Source: Cetorhinus maximus
Taxonomy: Eukaryota
DNA length: 64,000 nucleotides
Direction of reading: 5' to 3'
Assembly (NCBI RefSeq): GCF_964194155.1
Contig: NC_135898.1
Coordinates: 21,576,001 to 21,640,000, forward strand
The notes beneath the pieces are model-generated. The model worked only from the letters and a program-made list of their open reading frames with translations, was not told where the DNA came from and ran no database searches. Positions 36,346-59,920 of this stretch are shown here, in pieces. How positions within the stretch are numbered: the stretch's first letter is position 1; the number at the start of each line of letters is the position of its first letter. The translations under genes and the position numbers were made by a program.

Positions 36346-37267
36346 AGGATAGTAAGTGAGCCAAAGTAACATAGAATATACAAGTATGATGCTCTAGAGA
36401 AAATTAACAACTGAGTAATCTCTCCTCCAATTATTCTAAATCAATCAGGCACAGAACTGTACTCAGTTCCTATAATATACTGCACTTTTGGACCATTGCC
36501 ATTGTCCAGAGAAAATATTGAATAAACTGCAACTTCAATGCAGTAAGAACCAAATACGTATAGCTTCAATTTTTGATTTCAAAACTGCCTAAAGCACTAA
36601 ATCATCACAATTGTTATCTCTATTGTAATAGTTATCATTTATGCTGCACATTCATGAGAACAAATTATTGTTTCATCAGAATATTTCAATAAAGTTACCC
36701 ACATTCTTGTTTTTTTCCTGCTTGTTCTCTCCATATTTGTGACCAGAATTCTACAAAAAAAATTACAAATCACAGGTAGAGTTATAAAATCATAGAAATC
36801 ACAGCACAGAAAGATTATTGCCCACTATGTCAGTGTTACTCTAATCTCATTTCCTCCCCCTTTCTCTGTATTATTTTTACAATCTTCCTCTTTAAATACT
36901 TATCTAAATCTCTATTAAAAAAATGTTCTAGCACCTGCCTCAATAGCTACTCTGGTGAAGCCTTGTTCCAATAACACTCTTGTTAGTTTTTGCTTTTACT
37001 TTTCTAATAGTAATCCCCTATCTCTGTCAGCTCATCTACATTCATTATAAAAATTCTTACGGAGTGTACAATTCCATCCATGGCTCTGCCTCTCCCTATC
37101 ATCCTCCCCATCACCAGCCCTACAATCCTCCAAGGTCTCTGCGGGTATATCACTTTATGCGTAAAATTAAGAGAGAAAAGGTTTTATGACTGTAGGGGGA
37201 ATTGCATATAGACCCTATGGTAACAGCTGTGAAATGGCAGAATGTACAAATGCAGAGACTAGATAAG

Positions 37268-38175
37268 CATAGTTGTGGTTGTTGGAAGCCAATCATCTCA
37301 GTTCTAGGACATCACTGTAGAAGTTCCTCAGGGCAGTGTCCTCGGCCCAACCATCTTCAGCTGCTTCATCAATGACCTTCCCTCCATCGCAAAGTCAGAA
37401 GTGGAGATGTTCGCTGATGATCGCACATTGTTTAGTACCCACTTGTGACTCCCCAGATACTGAAGCAGTTCATGTGTCATATGCAGCAAGACTTGGACAA
37501 CATTCAGACGTGGACTGATAAGTGGCAAGCAACCTATGTGCCACACAAATGCAGGCAATGACCCTTGATATTCAACGGCATTACCATCGCTGAATTCTCC
37601 ACTATCCACTATCAATGTCCTGGGGGATTATCATTGACCAGAAACGGAACTGGACTAGCCTTATAAATGCTGTGGCTACAAGAGCAGGTCAGAGGCTGGG
37701 AATCCTGTGGAGAGTAACTCACCTCCTGACTCCCAAAAGCCTGTCCGCCATCTACGAGGTACAAGTCAGGAATGTGATGGAATGTTCCTCACTTGCTTGG
37801 AGGAGTGCAGCTCCAACAACACTCAAGAAGCTTGATACCATCCAGGATAAAGCAGCCGCTTGATTGGCACCGCATCCACCACCTCCAAAGTTCACTCCTT
37901 CTACCACTGGCACACAGCGGCAGCAGTGTGTACCATCTACAAGATACACTGCAGCAACTCACCAAGGCTTCTTCAACAGCATGTTCCAAACCTGTGACCT
38001 CTACCATCTACGGCAGCAGATGCATGAGAAAACCACCAGCTGCAAGTTCCCGTTCAAGCCACAGACCATCTATTGCTGTTCTTTCGCTGTTGCTGGGTCA
38101 AAATCCTGAAACTCCTTTCCTAACAGCACTGTGGGTGTACCTAGACTAGTTGGACTGCAGTGATTCAAGGCAGCT
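37268..38175 (+). mobile_element. LINE (CR1-like) RT 3' fragment
   Basis: VPQGSVLGPTIFSCFINDL...FADD RT motifs readable at ~37323-37420. Confidence 0.85.
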
Positions 38176-39299
38176 TTTAACTTTCACACAGCTTGGGATA
38201 AGCAGACTAACACATCGAATATAAAGGTAGGGAATTTCTTGATTGTGTTCGGATGGTTTTCTGTCACAATATGTTCTGCAGGCAACCAGAGGACATGCCA
38301 TATTAGGTTTGTAATGATTAATGAAAGGGGTTTAGTTAACAGTGCATGAACATTTATCTAATAGTATTTGATTATCTATCCCAATACCTTCGCCATTGAA
38401 TCAGTGTCAGCTTTTGTCTGATTATGCCCCTGTGAAGTGGATCATCGTTTAATGGCTGTGAACCCGCTTTAAGTGTCCTGAATTCCCGAAATGGCACTAT
38501 ATAAATGCAAGTTCTTTCTTCTTAGTCCAATGATACTCTGATCTCCTACTGTGCTTCACTTAGAAACTACTTGACACTTAATGCCACAGAAAATCAAAAG
38601 CTGCTTTATGTATATGTGCACACTTTCCCATTGCACTGCATTTATAAAATTATGTGTATTGGTAAACAGCATATCCCGACTCTCTAGTGAACCACTCCAA
38701 GGGAGATTTGCTGGTATTGAACATTTTCTAATGGTTAAAGTTTTGTTTCTGACATAACCAAATACTTTATTTTGTTCCTTAATACAGTATGTGGATGAAC
38801 TTTTGTCATTACAATGCCTAGGTTTGCAAAATAATGCACTTCTCCATTACAAAGAACTTGCATTTATATATTGCATTTCACCTTGCAGGCAGCCCTAAAG
38901 CCTTTCACTCTGAAGTATTTTTGAGGTGTTGTCACTGTTCAGGCAGGAAATTGCAGCCAATTTGTGCACAGCAAGCCCACACACTGCCAACAAGGTAAAT
39001 GACCGGATAGTTAAAAACAGATGAGAGCAGGGAAGAGCTGTTGGGTTTTGGGAATGAAACAACCCATCCCTGTGAAATGCAAAGCCACCATCAAACTTCT
39101 CAACATTTTCTTTCAAGGGGAGAGATGATTAAATGCTGAATTTTTTTCTACCTTCTCCCATAGTTTTATAGCTTCAGGAATTTGGGCCACCCTGTGTCAA
39201 TTAATTAAAAAGATAAATTAGATTTATGGATGAAGATCAAAGCTTCATTGCAACTATAGTCACTGATGAAAACCCTCCCATCTGAGCCATCTCATGTCA

Positions 39300-39880
39300 A
39301 GTGCTTGATTGACAGGCTATAGACCCGCCCACCTTTCACAGACCCGCCTACAGTCTCAACTCCTATTGGTCCAATCCGAAGTCACCCCCGTAATATTGGA
39401 ATCTGATTGGCGTGTCCTGCTGTCAATCAGGCGTTTAGGCCCCGCCCAGCAGCAGTTCAGTCTGCACCGTCGCACAAATTGCATCAAAAAGCGACCGCAT
39501 CGCTGCGGCGATGTCTCAGTCGGAATTGTTCGTTCGCCACTTCAGTGTATATTTTCGCCGATAAAGTAATTAAAATAAAACAAGAGACTCACCTTCCTCT
39601 GGGCCGGGAACAGCTCCCCCTCCCGCCCCTCCCCCTCACAGCTTTGGGTGTAAACACCCTCCCCGGTCAAAGCCGGGCTCCCGTCAGGCGCGCCGCCATT
39701 TCGCCTTACAAAAACCGCTAGGCGCTGGGCTGTAACGCCAGCGCCTATTGGCCGCCCACGGTCAGCTGGGGCGGCAGCACCCGGGGCATGGTGGGAGCTG
39801 TAGTCCCCACCCTCCCTCTAGGCCCCCCGCCTGCATCGCTGCGGGACTCCATTTCCCAGAATACTCGCTACCTTCAGCTG
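39300..39880 (-). promoter_or_regulatory. CpG-island promoter and non-coding exon 1 of C2orf42 (donor at 39593/39592)
   Basis: High CpG content; donor GAAG|GTGAGT; YY1-type CGCCATTT at ~39694; CCAAT at ~39747; ZNF143-type motifs at 39786-39804 and 39846-39864. Confidence 0.75.
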
Positions 39881-40084
39881 TTGCAGCCGTGGAATGAGCT
39901 GAGGTGGCACTGCCTAAACCTGTGGATCAGAAACAAAATGCACACTAAAAACATTGGACTGTTTATGGAGGTGCTTTTACCTCAAAAACTGCTGCCTTTA
40001 AAATCAAGTGCATTGAAAAGGGGGTTAGGTTTAAGAATAAGCTCCGTTCCTGTATATTGGAAAATGGTGTGTCACTCTGCAATT

Positions 40085-41510
40085 TAAGGAAGGGGAAAAT
40101 CAGGAATTATCGACCAGTTAGCCTAACATCTGTTGTTGAAAAGGCACTACACTATAATTAACTGTAGAGTCATTGGCACCTTGAAATTTTTCAGCTGATC
40201 AGAAAGAGCCAGCAAAGATTTGGAAAAGATAGGCTGATCAAGGTGATTGAATTTTTTTTTGAAGGGATGACCAAAGCAGGGGAATGTCTATTGCTGTTAT
40301 TTATATGCTGCTGCCTGGCTGAAGACAAATTCGTGACCTGGTCGGATGAGCGGGAGGAGATGGTGAGCAGGTCCTTTTATTGGCAGGAACCTTAGCTATT
40401 AACTATTCATTAGAAGCTAAGATGGAAAGCCAGATGTTCTAGTTTTCCAATAACAAAGACAGATGGCATTGTATGCAATGTAGAGGGACACATAAAAATA
40501 GATATTAAAAGATTAATTGAATGGGCAAAACATATTATCCTAAGAGGAGAGATTGGGTCGACTCGAATTTTATTTTTCTCTCCACAGATGCTGTCAGATC
40601 CGTTGAGTATATCTAGCATTTTCTGTTCTTTCTGAATTCACTGGGGTTTAGAAGAATGAGAGGGGATCTTATTGAAACATATACAATTCTGACGGGGATG
40701 GAAGAATGTTTCTTCTGGCTGGGCTTGGGGGTGGGGGGGTCTAGAACAAGAAGCCACAGTGTCAGGATATGGGGGAGGCCATTTAGGATTTAGATAAGGA
40801 GAAACTTATTTACTTAGAAGGTGGTGAACCTGTGGAATTCTCTACCACAGAAGGCTGTAGAGGCCAAGTCAATGAATATATTTAAGGAGGAAATAAATTT
40901 CTAGACTCAAAGGCATCAAGGGGTATGGGGAGTATGGAGTATGGCTTTGAGACAGAGGAGCAGGCTTGAAGGACCGAATGACCTACTCCTTTTTTCTATT
41001 TCTAAGTGGATTTCAATGTAGGCAAATGTGAGGTCACCACTTTGGACCCAAAAGGCTAGAACATGGAACTTCCTAAATGATGATAAGTCAGAAACACTGG
41101 AAGGTTCAAAGAAATTTGGGTGCCTGGGTACTTAAGATTATTAAAATATCATGAACAGGCACATCAAAAAGCCTAATGGAATGCTGATCTTTATATTGCG
41201 AGGGATAGAATACAAAGGGGGTATAAGTTATGCTTCGGCTATGCAAAGCCCTGGTTAGACCACGTCCGGAGTTACTTTGAACAGTTCTGGGTACTACATC
41301 TTAGGAAGAATATGTGGGCCTTGGAGGGAGTGCAGTGCAGATTTACCAGAATTTACCTGGACTCCCAAGGTTAAATTACAGGTAGAGATTACACAAACTA
41401 GGGTTGTACATCCTAGAATTTAGAAAGTTAAGGGTAATTTGATTGAAGTTTCAGATATTTATGGGGAATAGGTAGGGTAGAGAGAAACTACTGCTGCTGG
41501 TTGAAATCTA
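40085..41510 (+). mobile_element. Decayed CR1 ORF2 with nested insertions
   Basis: NYRPVSLTSV-like start and LVRP..E...QFW-like C-terminal motifs, interrupted by Penelope-type and CR1 3' pieces. Confidence 0.7.
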
Positions 41511-44500
41511 GGTTATACAGGATATCAACTTTATACTGGCCTCGGTTTAGCCGTTTAAACTCTGGCATTATTTTGGTGAATCATTGTATGTTTCAAGGCT
41601 AATATATATTTCCTGAAGTTTGGTGCCCAAATTGAATTCAGATTCCAGATAGGGGATCTGAACTTAAAAATACTTAATTTTTTCAAGCCTAGATTATGTG
41701 CTCAAATCAAAGAGTGGAGTTCAAAGTTATAAACTCTGACAGAGGCAAACTGTGATCAATTAAGCCAACACAAAAGTACGGTCAATTTATCTTAACACTG
41801 TTCCTTGTTACAAAAGAAATTCAAACGTAGAATACTCAACTGGGAATGTTGCATATGCAGCCAGCAACCCCCACCTATTAATACAATTTTTCTCTCCCAG
41901 TGTTTGCAACCACCAAGGGAAAATTAAACAGTCATCAATTTACCTTCAGCTCCCATCATCATTATAAGATTGTAAGAAATAGGGGCAGGAGTAGGCCATT
42001 TGAACATCAAGCCTGCTCCGCCATTCAAAAGGATCATGACCATGAACAGTACAAAAAATTCCAATCTACTGCCACGCTTCAATGCGTTTGGAGGTGATTC
42101 TCCCCTTCATTTATAAAATTATCCCCCTCATGACTGAACCTAACAATTCTAAAATTAAGTGCAGACATTTTTCTCAAGTTCAAAAGTTATTTCAACTGTG
42201 CTAATTTTTAAAAAAAAGTCATTCCATGTTTTCTCTTTTCTCATGAAAACAGTGATTCATGCTAGTATTATGCTTCCACTAATAGCTGCATACCAATGCT
42301 ACCTTGCCCTGCACTTGCAGACACAATGCATAATCTTCCACTCTCCGCGAAGTGATTCAGTTGAGGGGGCACATCACAATCAAAACTGATGCTGTCCTGC
42401 CCAGATAACCCACCAACCTGCACAGCTTTTTATAAACATTTAACACAACAATGTATGGTTTGGTTTGAAGGAAGTTGGAACTCATGCAAGTTTTTTTTTG
42501 CCAAAATGGTAAAATGCTATTGAGGAATAAGAGCAGATTGCTTGAGAATGTAATAAGGGTTAAAATGGAGGAATTGAAAACTTGCATGGCCACTTTCTGT
42601 AAATATGACCTATTTTGGTCGACCTGCTCCAGCCCCCCCACCTTTCCAACAGCATAAAACCCATCCATTTCTACCTCTCTTCCAACACTTAAAGAGTCAT
42701 ACGGACTCGAAATGTTAACTCTGTTTCTCTCTCCACAGATGCTGCCAGACCTAAGTTTTTCCAGCATTTTCTGTTTTGATTTCAGATGTCCAGCGTCTAC
42801 AGTATTTTGTTTTTATTATTAATGAAGTAGGTTCCACCTAATGGCCAGTATCAATGGAAAAGATGTACTTGGTCAGCTAAAAATCAAAAAGGGTAAGAAT
42901 ACAACAAAAGATTCCAAGTGACAGTAGGAACAAATTGCAGGGAGATACCTCACTGGATTGGAATTAGCAGCCCCATTTCCAAAAAAAAAGCAAACCTAGT
43001 CAAGTACAGGTCCATCCATTTTGCATTGGTAATTCATAGAAAAAACATTTGTTCACAATAAATTTGAACATTTCCTTTATGAAAATGACGTAGTAAAATT
43101 CAGCCAACATGGTGCAAAGGGATAAATACTAACTGATCAGCCTGCTGGAATTTTAAGGAAATGTATATATCTAAACTTCCAGTAACCCTTCAACAACATG
43201 AATTTATATATCATCGTTAACCTGGCAAAACCTCTCAAGGCGCTGCTCAGATGCATTATCAGATCAAATTTGACACAGCCACACAAATGGGCATTAGGTC
43301 AGGTGATCAAAAATTTGGCCAATCAAGCGGCTAAGTTTTAAAGAGAGCCTTAGAGGAGGAGGCAGAAAAGTAGAGAGGTGGGGGGAGACTTAGGGAAGAA
43401 ATTCCACAGCCTAAACTCCAGATAGCTAAAGGTATGCCCCGAGTGGAGAATGAACGAAATGGGAGAACTTCAAAACAAGCTTTTCACTTGGGAGGTGGAT
43501 TAAAAAAAACGTTCAAAAAAATAACAGTAGGAACAGGAATTACCTTCTGGACAGAATAGTGCAGGGAAAAACTCTGGAATCATTCCAGAGGCAGCTGGGT
43601 GATGCAGTTTTGTTAATTGTAGGGGCAGATTAGGTTTCCAGCAAAGAACAAGAAGCCAAACCCAACCGATAGGACATTGCTAAAAGTTTGTATCAAAAAC
43701 TCAACCATTCTGAACTGCATTTAAGTTTGTCCTGTAAAACTCCATTTCAAATCTTATCTGCATTAAGTTCCTTACTCCCAATCACCTACTTTAAACTGCA
43801 ACGTCAAACTCAATCTTGCCAAGCTGGACTCTTAAAATTAGAGTTCATCACAAGATTTCCCCTTCACAGCTTCATCTTTGGGGGTTTAAGCTTCAGCAAG
43901 CTTCCATTTATCAAAAATGCTAAGAGGTGCAGATTAAGTTTCCCATCTTAACCAATATAAACTTGAAGTAGATACATGAAGAAACTGAGTTAGGAACCAA
44001 ATTAATTCTCAAATTAATTACTGAATCTTTGGTGAAAGGTTACTAGTTTATCTCGATCTGCATACTGTAAATCAAGAAAATACCTTGGGTTTAATCCGCG
44101 AGCATTCTGTTACTCCTTTATGATGAAAGTTGTACCCCACCGTGTGCATGAAGGCGACAGCAGCGCATGTGGTCTTTAAGTGAGGAAATGTGCCATTATC
44201 ACAAACACAAATCGTCTCCATTACTCTTTGCTGCTACATTTTTTGCTTTAACATTTGGAATATATAGCAACACTGTGGATTGAAGCAGGGGGCTGTAAGG
44301 TAGCACGTCACTGGATTCAGGTGTTTTCTCTGTTCAAGGTACTGCATGGATGCAAGCTGATGTTAATCTCATTGGGGAAGCTGCGGCAAAATTGTTGCTG
44401 TCAAAGTATCCCAGTGCGACAGCATAGAACAGAATTTTAAACTGATTGTGTCACATGCACTTCTCCCTTAACAAGGCTGAGTGTGAATTGGCACAAATGT

Positions 44501-44659
44501 ACATACAAGCATTCATACAATTCTCATTATCAAATCAAGCAATGATCATTTTTGCCACAACACTCAAGTTGTTCATCAGTTGGAAGATAAAACTAAGCAG
44601 CAAGAGATTATAAATAGCTGTGATTAAACAGAATAAAGGAGTTCAGTATGATGGCCCAA

Positions 44660-47600
44660 TGACCGTTTTATTTATTGACTGTTAATAACTGCTACAGTTA
44701 TAATACCAACAAGGCCGTGCAGTTAACAAACCCGAATGCAAGTCAATTGGTCCTTCACAAACCTAGTTCATGTGATTTTTGCCTGGAATAGAATTCCCCT
44801 GAGGTGAAGTTTTTTTTAAATGCTGATGCAGTTTAAACAGAAAATAGAGACTTTATCCCTTTTCTTTATTCGGCCTGTTTAGGCTGCAATTTTTTTTTTA
44901 AACCCCAACTCATCTATCTGAAAAGCTGCTCACCCAAGTGTTGCTCACTCCACACCGAAGCCTGTAACTACAGGTTCGTCTACTAGCCAGTCCTGTGATG
45001 ACTTCAGGGGAGGCTGTTGGGCGGTAGTAATCCATCCCACTCTCCCAGAACCGAATCTGGGAGAAAGATGCACATAAATACAGTCTTGTCCCATGACAAA
45101 AGTATAATTTTTTCTTGAAATCTCTTAACTGGTGGAGCATGTGTACAAGCAGGAGACTTCTTTCTCTTGTTTTGTTGGTTGGGGGGCGTGGGGGTGAAAT
45201 TGGAAGCCAACACATGAAATTGAAACAAATACCACCATCTTTGGAAATAATCTCCATTCAATTTGTTTCAACTGCCTCAGCGCCCAATGAACAGTTGGAG
45301 GCAAACTTAAAAGTTCCACATCAACCATTTAGTCAAATGAAACCATGGTAACTGGAATTGGCGTAGTAATTTCCACGTGTCAGCCCTTGTAGGTTAACAA
45401 AAGGGATACAGTCTCCAATGCTCTAAGCTCAGGATTTCTTAAAAACAAAATGATCCATAAGTTCTGAAAGATTGATCTGTAGTGCATGAGTCCACTCCAA
45501 AAAGATAATTTACTTAAACTCCTGGGGGCAGGGCCAACCAGTTACGCATTTTGGTAACTAAATGTAGTATCTATTATGAAAAACAAACCTTGCCAAACAA
45601 TCCAATAAAAAATACATTAACCTATTTTAAAATTGGTTAAATGTGCATATAGCGTATCTGGCAAGAATTTGCACACAAGTCATCTTAGAGTAAGTCACAG
45701 ATGGCCTAGATACTTTTTCTTTCAACCAGTACACAGGTGAGTTGTCAAGCGAACAGATTTTAAAAGAGAAAATAAACATTTCCACATTTTGATTTACTGC
45801 TGCAACCACAAGTATTGTACAAAAGAGGATTAGAATGACCAGATCCTATGTGTACAGCACACTAACCATTCCAGCACCAAGTGACTTAATGACAATTCAG
45901 TTCTCTCAACTTTGTCCATTAAAATGTTCTAAATCAGTTGGACTGGCACAGCCCTACTTGACCCTTTAATCCAGAAGCCCAGGCAAACATGACAATCACA
46001 TTAAGACGATATTGAAGAAAGCTTGTGAGGTTAGCAGTCTTCCCGATTTCCTGAACTATGGAAAAGAATCTCAGCTGGAAGGACTTCCAAGACAATCGTG
46101 TTGCCTAGGAGACAATTGGTGAGAAAACGTGAGTTCTCCCCAATAATCCTGGGACAGAGCATTTTAAAACCATGTACAACTGATATGCAACAAAATACAT
46201 TTACAGTACCTCTTATGCATATGCAGCCAATATTGTGAGCTTAGCTGATCATTTACACTAGAAAACTACATCATTCAGGACACCCTCTGCAGAGACACGT
46301 CAAGAGATTTTCTTTCGAAGTTCTTTTTTTTCTGAGGTGCTCCAAATAGCGACTTAGCCAAGAACAGACAAAACATATCAACTGTGGCAGATGGACTTGC
46401 TGCATGGAGGTTCGGGCAGCCCCCCACCCCACCAGCCCATGGAGCAGAGCCTACAGCCATCTGGTTAAGCAGCCAGTGCTACGACTGCCGTGCTGGCATA
46501 TCACTGACAGTATTTAAATTTTGTCGCCCTCCCCCCCACCCTTCTCTCCAATTGCTATTCGTGTATGCAGCCTGTTATTCTGTTTCGAGATGCGCAATGA
46601 TCCCCAACAAACCGCAGCCTTCTTAAGACACTGCTGCCATTAACTTGCTGAAGTGTTTAAGAGCCAACACTCAAGTCAGTAGTCAACTACAACAATGAAC
46701 TTGATTCCTACCATCAGCCTCTTGAAATCATTAAAACACAAAAGAACAAAGCCAAAAGTAGGTTTTTAACCAAAAAAAAAGTTGCCTTGTGTTAACAGTA
46801 GAGGTTGTGTATATTTTAATCATCTTTTCATGCGGATTGCAAATTCTGGCAAAACAGGTAATGTCCCCTTAAACCTGAGCACTTCAGGATTTGCCCACCC
46901 CTGCCGACCACCCTCCCCCACTACAATTTGGCACAAATGGTGCCAGTTTTATTTTGCCAGTAGCTACATTTATGTCTTATATTTAAAACAACAAAGATGA
47001 AAATGTGTATTAATTTTAAAATGGAAACCCAAATTCAGATTCTGGGAGCAAGCAGATAGCCTAAACTGTACTAGTATTTTTATGCTTCACCTACACATCT
47101 GGAAATTTCAGTTTTAGCCAGTTCCTGAGGATAATGCTCTGCAGTGCCAAGAAGAACTCCATTTTGATTTACACTGCTAAGACCAGGGAACTGCCCTCCC
47201 AGAAGATAATGTGCTTCAGATGACACTGGGAGAGCAACTGGAGTCCAAGTCAACACTCAGAAGTGCTTTCTCTACAACATCACTAAGTTTTTACTTGGTT
47301 TCTTTAATGAAATGATTAAAATGCTACTTCAAAATAACAAAAAAAAAACACAGAAATAAACATTTACTATAGTATTTCATTGCTTTAAACTATGCTGTGT
47401 ACATGCTGAGAGCTCAAGGGACTCTACATCTTTTCTCCCGTGTTCCGAAGGATCATTTTTCTTTTTGAACAACCTCCTACATTTACAAAGTATGGCCTTG
47501 TACAATAGAAATGTGGAAAACATAGGATTATTAAATTTTACAGTTTTAAATCAAATTTGTGGAATGCATAACTAAACTGCCCAGTATCTGTATAGAAACA

Positions 47601-47955
47601 CGGCATCTAATATTGTGCAATTCGTCTGCCTCATTTTATAAAAGTGGCAGCGTTACTTAGAAATCCCTGCTTTTGTTTATTCTCTCCAAGGGCCACAGAA
47701 ATGGATTTTTTTTTTTGAAGAAAACTGGACACAAAAATTGGCAGACATCCAGCATCTTTAGACAGAAGCTTGGATGAGACGAATTTCCATGATTTCTAAA
47801 ATGAATTGCTTTCCTTTTAAAATAAATACAATGCAGTTGACATCTTTCATTGATCTGGCTTTGAAAAAAAAACATCTTTAAGTAAACAAAGGCTTGACGT
47901 GTCCGCTGTGGCAGGAAACCACTGGCTATAGGTAGGAAGAGAGAGTCCTTTCTGC
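44660..47955 (-). other. TIA1: Probable long TIA1 3'UTR ending at a tandem AATAAA (44667-44676)
   Basis: Largely TE-free, U-rich on the minus strand, directly after the stop codon; two overlapping AATAAA hexamers. Confidence 0.55.
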
Positions 47956-59033
<11,078 letters not shown>

Positions 59034-59065
59034 TTATTGCAAGAGCGCCATATTCTACAAAGCAC

Positions 59066-59131
59066 CTTTTCTCCCTCTCCACTATAAAATGTACTACGTC
59101 TTCATCTGCTACTTTACTACATCTTGATTTG
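59066..59131 (-). other. TIA1: Candidate 66-nt in-frame TIA1 cassette exon
   Basis: attag|CAAATC...GAAAAG|gtgctt; open in phase 2, adding 22 codons (KSRCSKVADEDVVHFIVEREKS). Confidence 0.5.
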
Positions 59132-59799
59132 CTAATTCACTTATAACAGCATTGTTAACTTTAATGTGGTAAACATGCAAACGGTAGCTGAGCTGGCTAA
59201 TGTTCTTACAGAATTTATTTTCTTCTTAAAAGCTATTCAAATAGTTTGTAAGTTCATTCATTTAAAAAAAATGTAAAACGTCTGCTAGGCATGGTCAAAG
59301 CAGCTATTCTGAGTTGTATGAGTCACCAGGCCAAATCAAAAAGAAAAAAGACATTGTAGATTGCAAGATTAATTGAATGGCTTTCCTTAACCATGCACAT
59401 TACTTAGTACTTGTTGCCAACAAGTTTTCTACCTATTCTTAAAAATACAGTATATGAAATAGAAAAAAAAACTAGAAAAATAAAAAATAGGAATTAAAAG
59501 GCATACATCGCCTGTTAACAATTCTTTTAGTTTCTTGGTAGGGTGAATTCGTTACCCCCATTTTGGACTGTGGGCAGCTGTAAATTTTGAGAAATTGAGA
59601 TTTTCAGAAACGGTTGCAATATTCAGAGAAAGTGAAAACACTAATAAGACACTGTACTTCCAAAAGTGTTAACAGAACTACGCAGACTAGCATCAATATA
59701 CGAAAAGTGCATTATATACAGACAGGATCAGATCTAGATCAGACCAAAGAATTGATTGAGAACTATTTTAAGTACAATAGAAAGAAAAAAAAACAAAAT

Positions 59800-59920
59800 C
59801 AATTATATCTGTATACAAAGACAAAAGGAAATAAGAAATCTACAACTGAGTGAACGATTATCCACTGTGACAGTCCCTTGCAGTTAGCCATGGAAATCCT
59901 GTCCATTCTTCAGAGACATT
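59800..59920 (-). other. TIA1: TIA1 premature-stop (poison) alternative exon; donor uncertain
   Basis: ttttacag|A ATG TCT CTG AAG AAT GGA CAG GAT TTC CAT GGC TAA (MSLKNGQDFHG*), similar to the recalled mammalian VSLKNGQNCPG* ending; U-rich tracts downstream. Confidence 0.75.
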
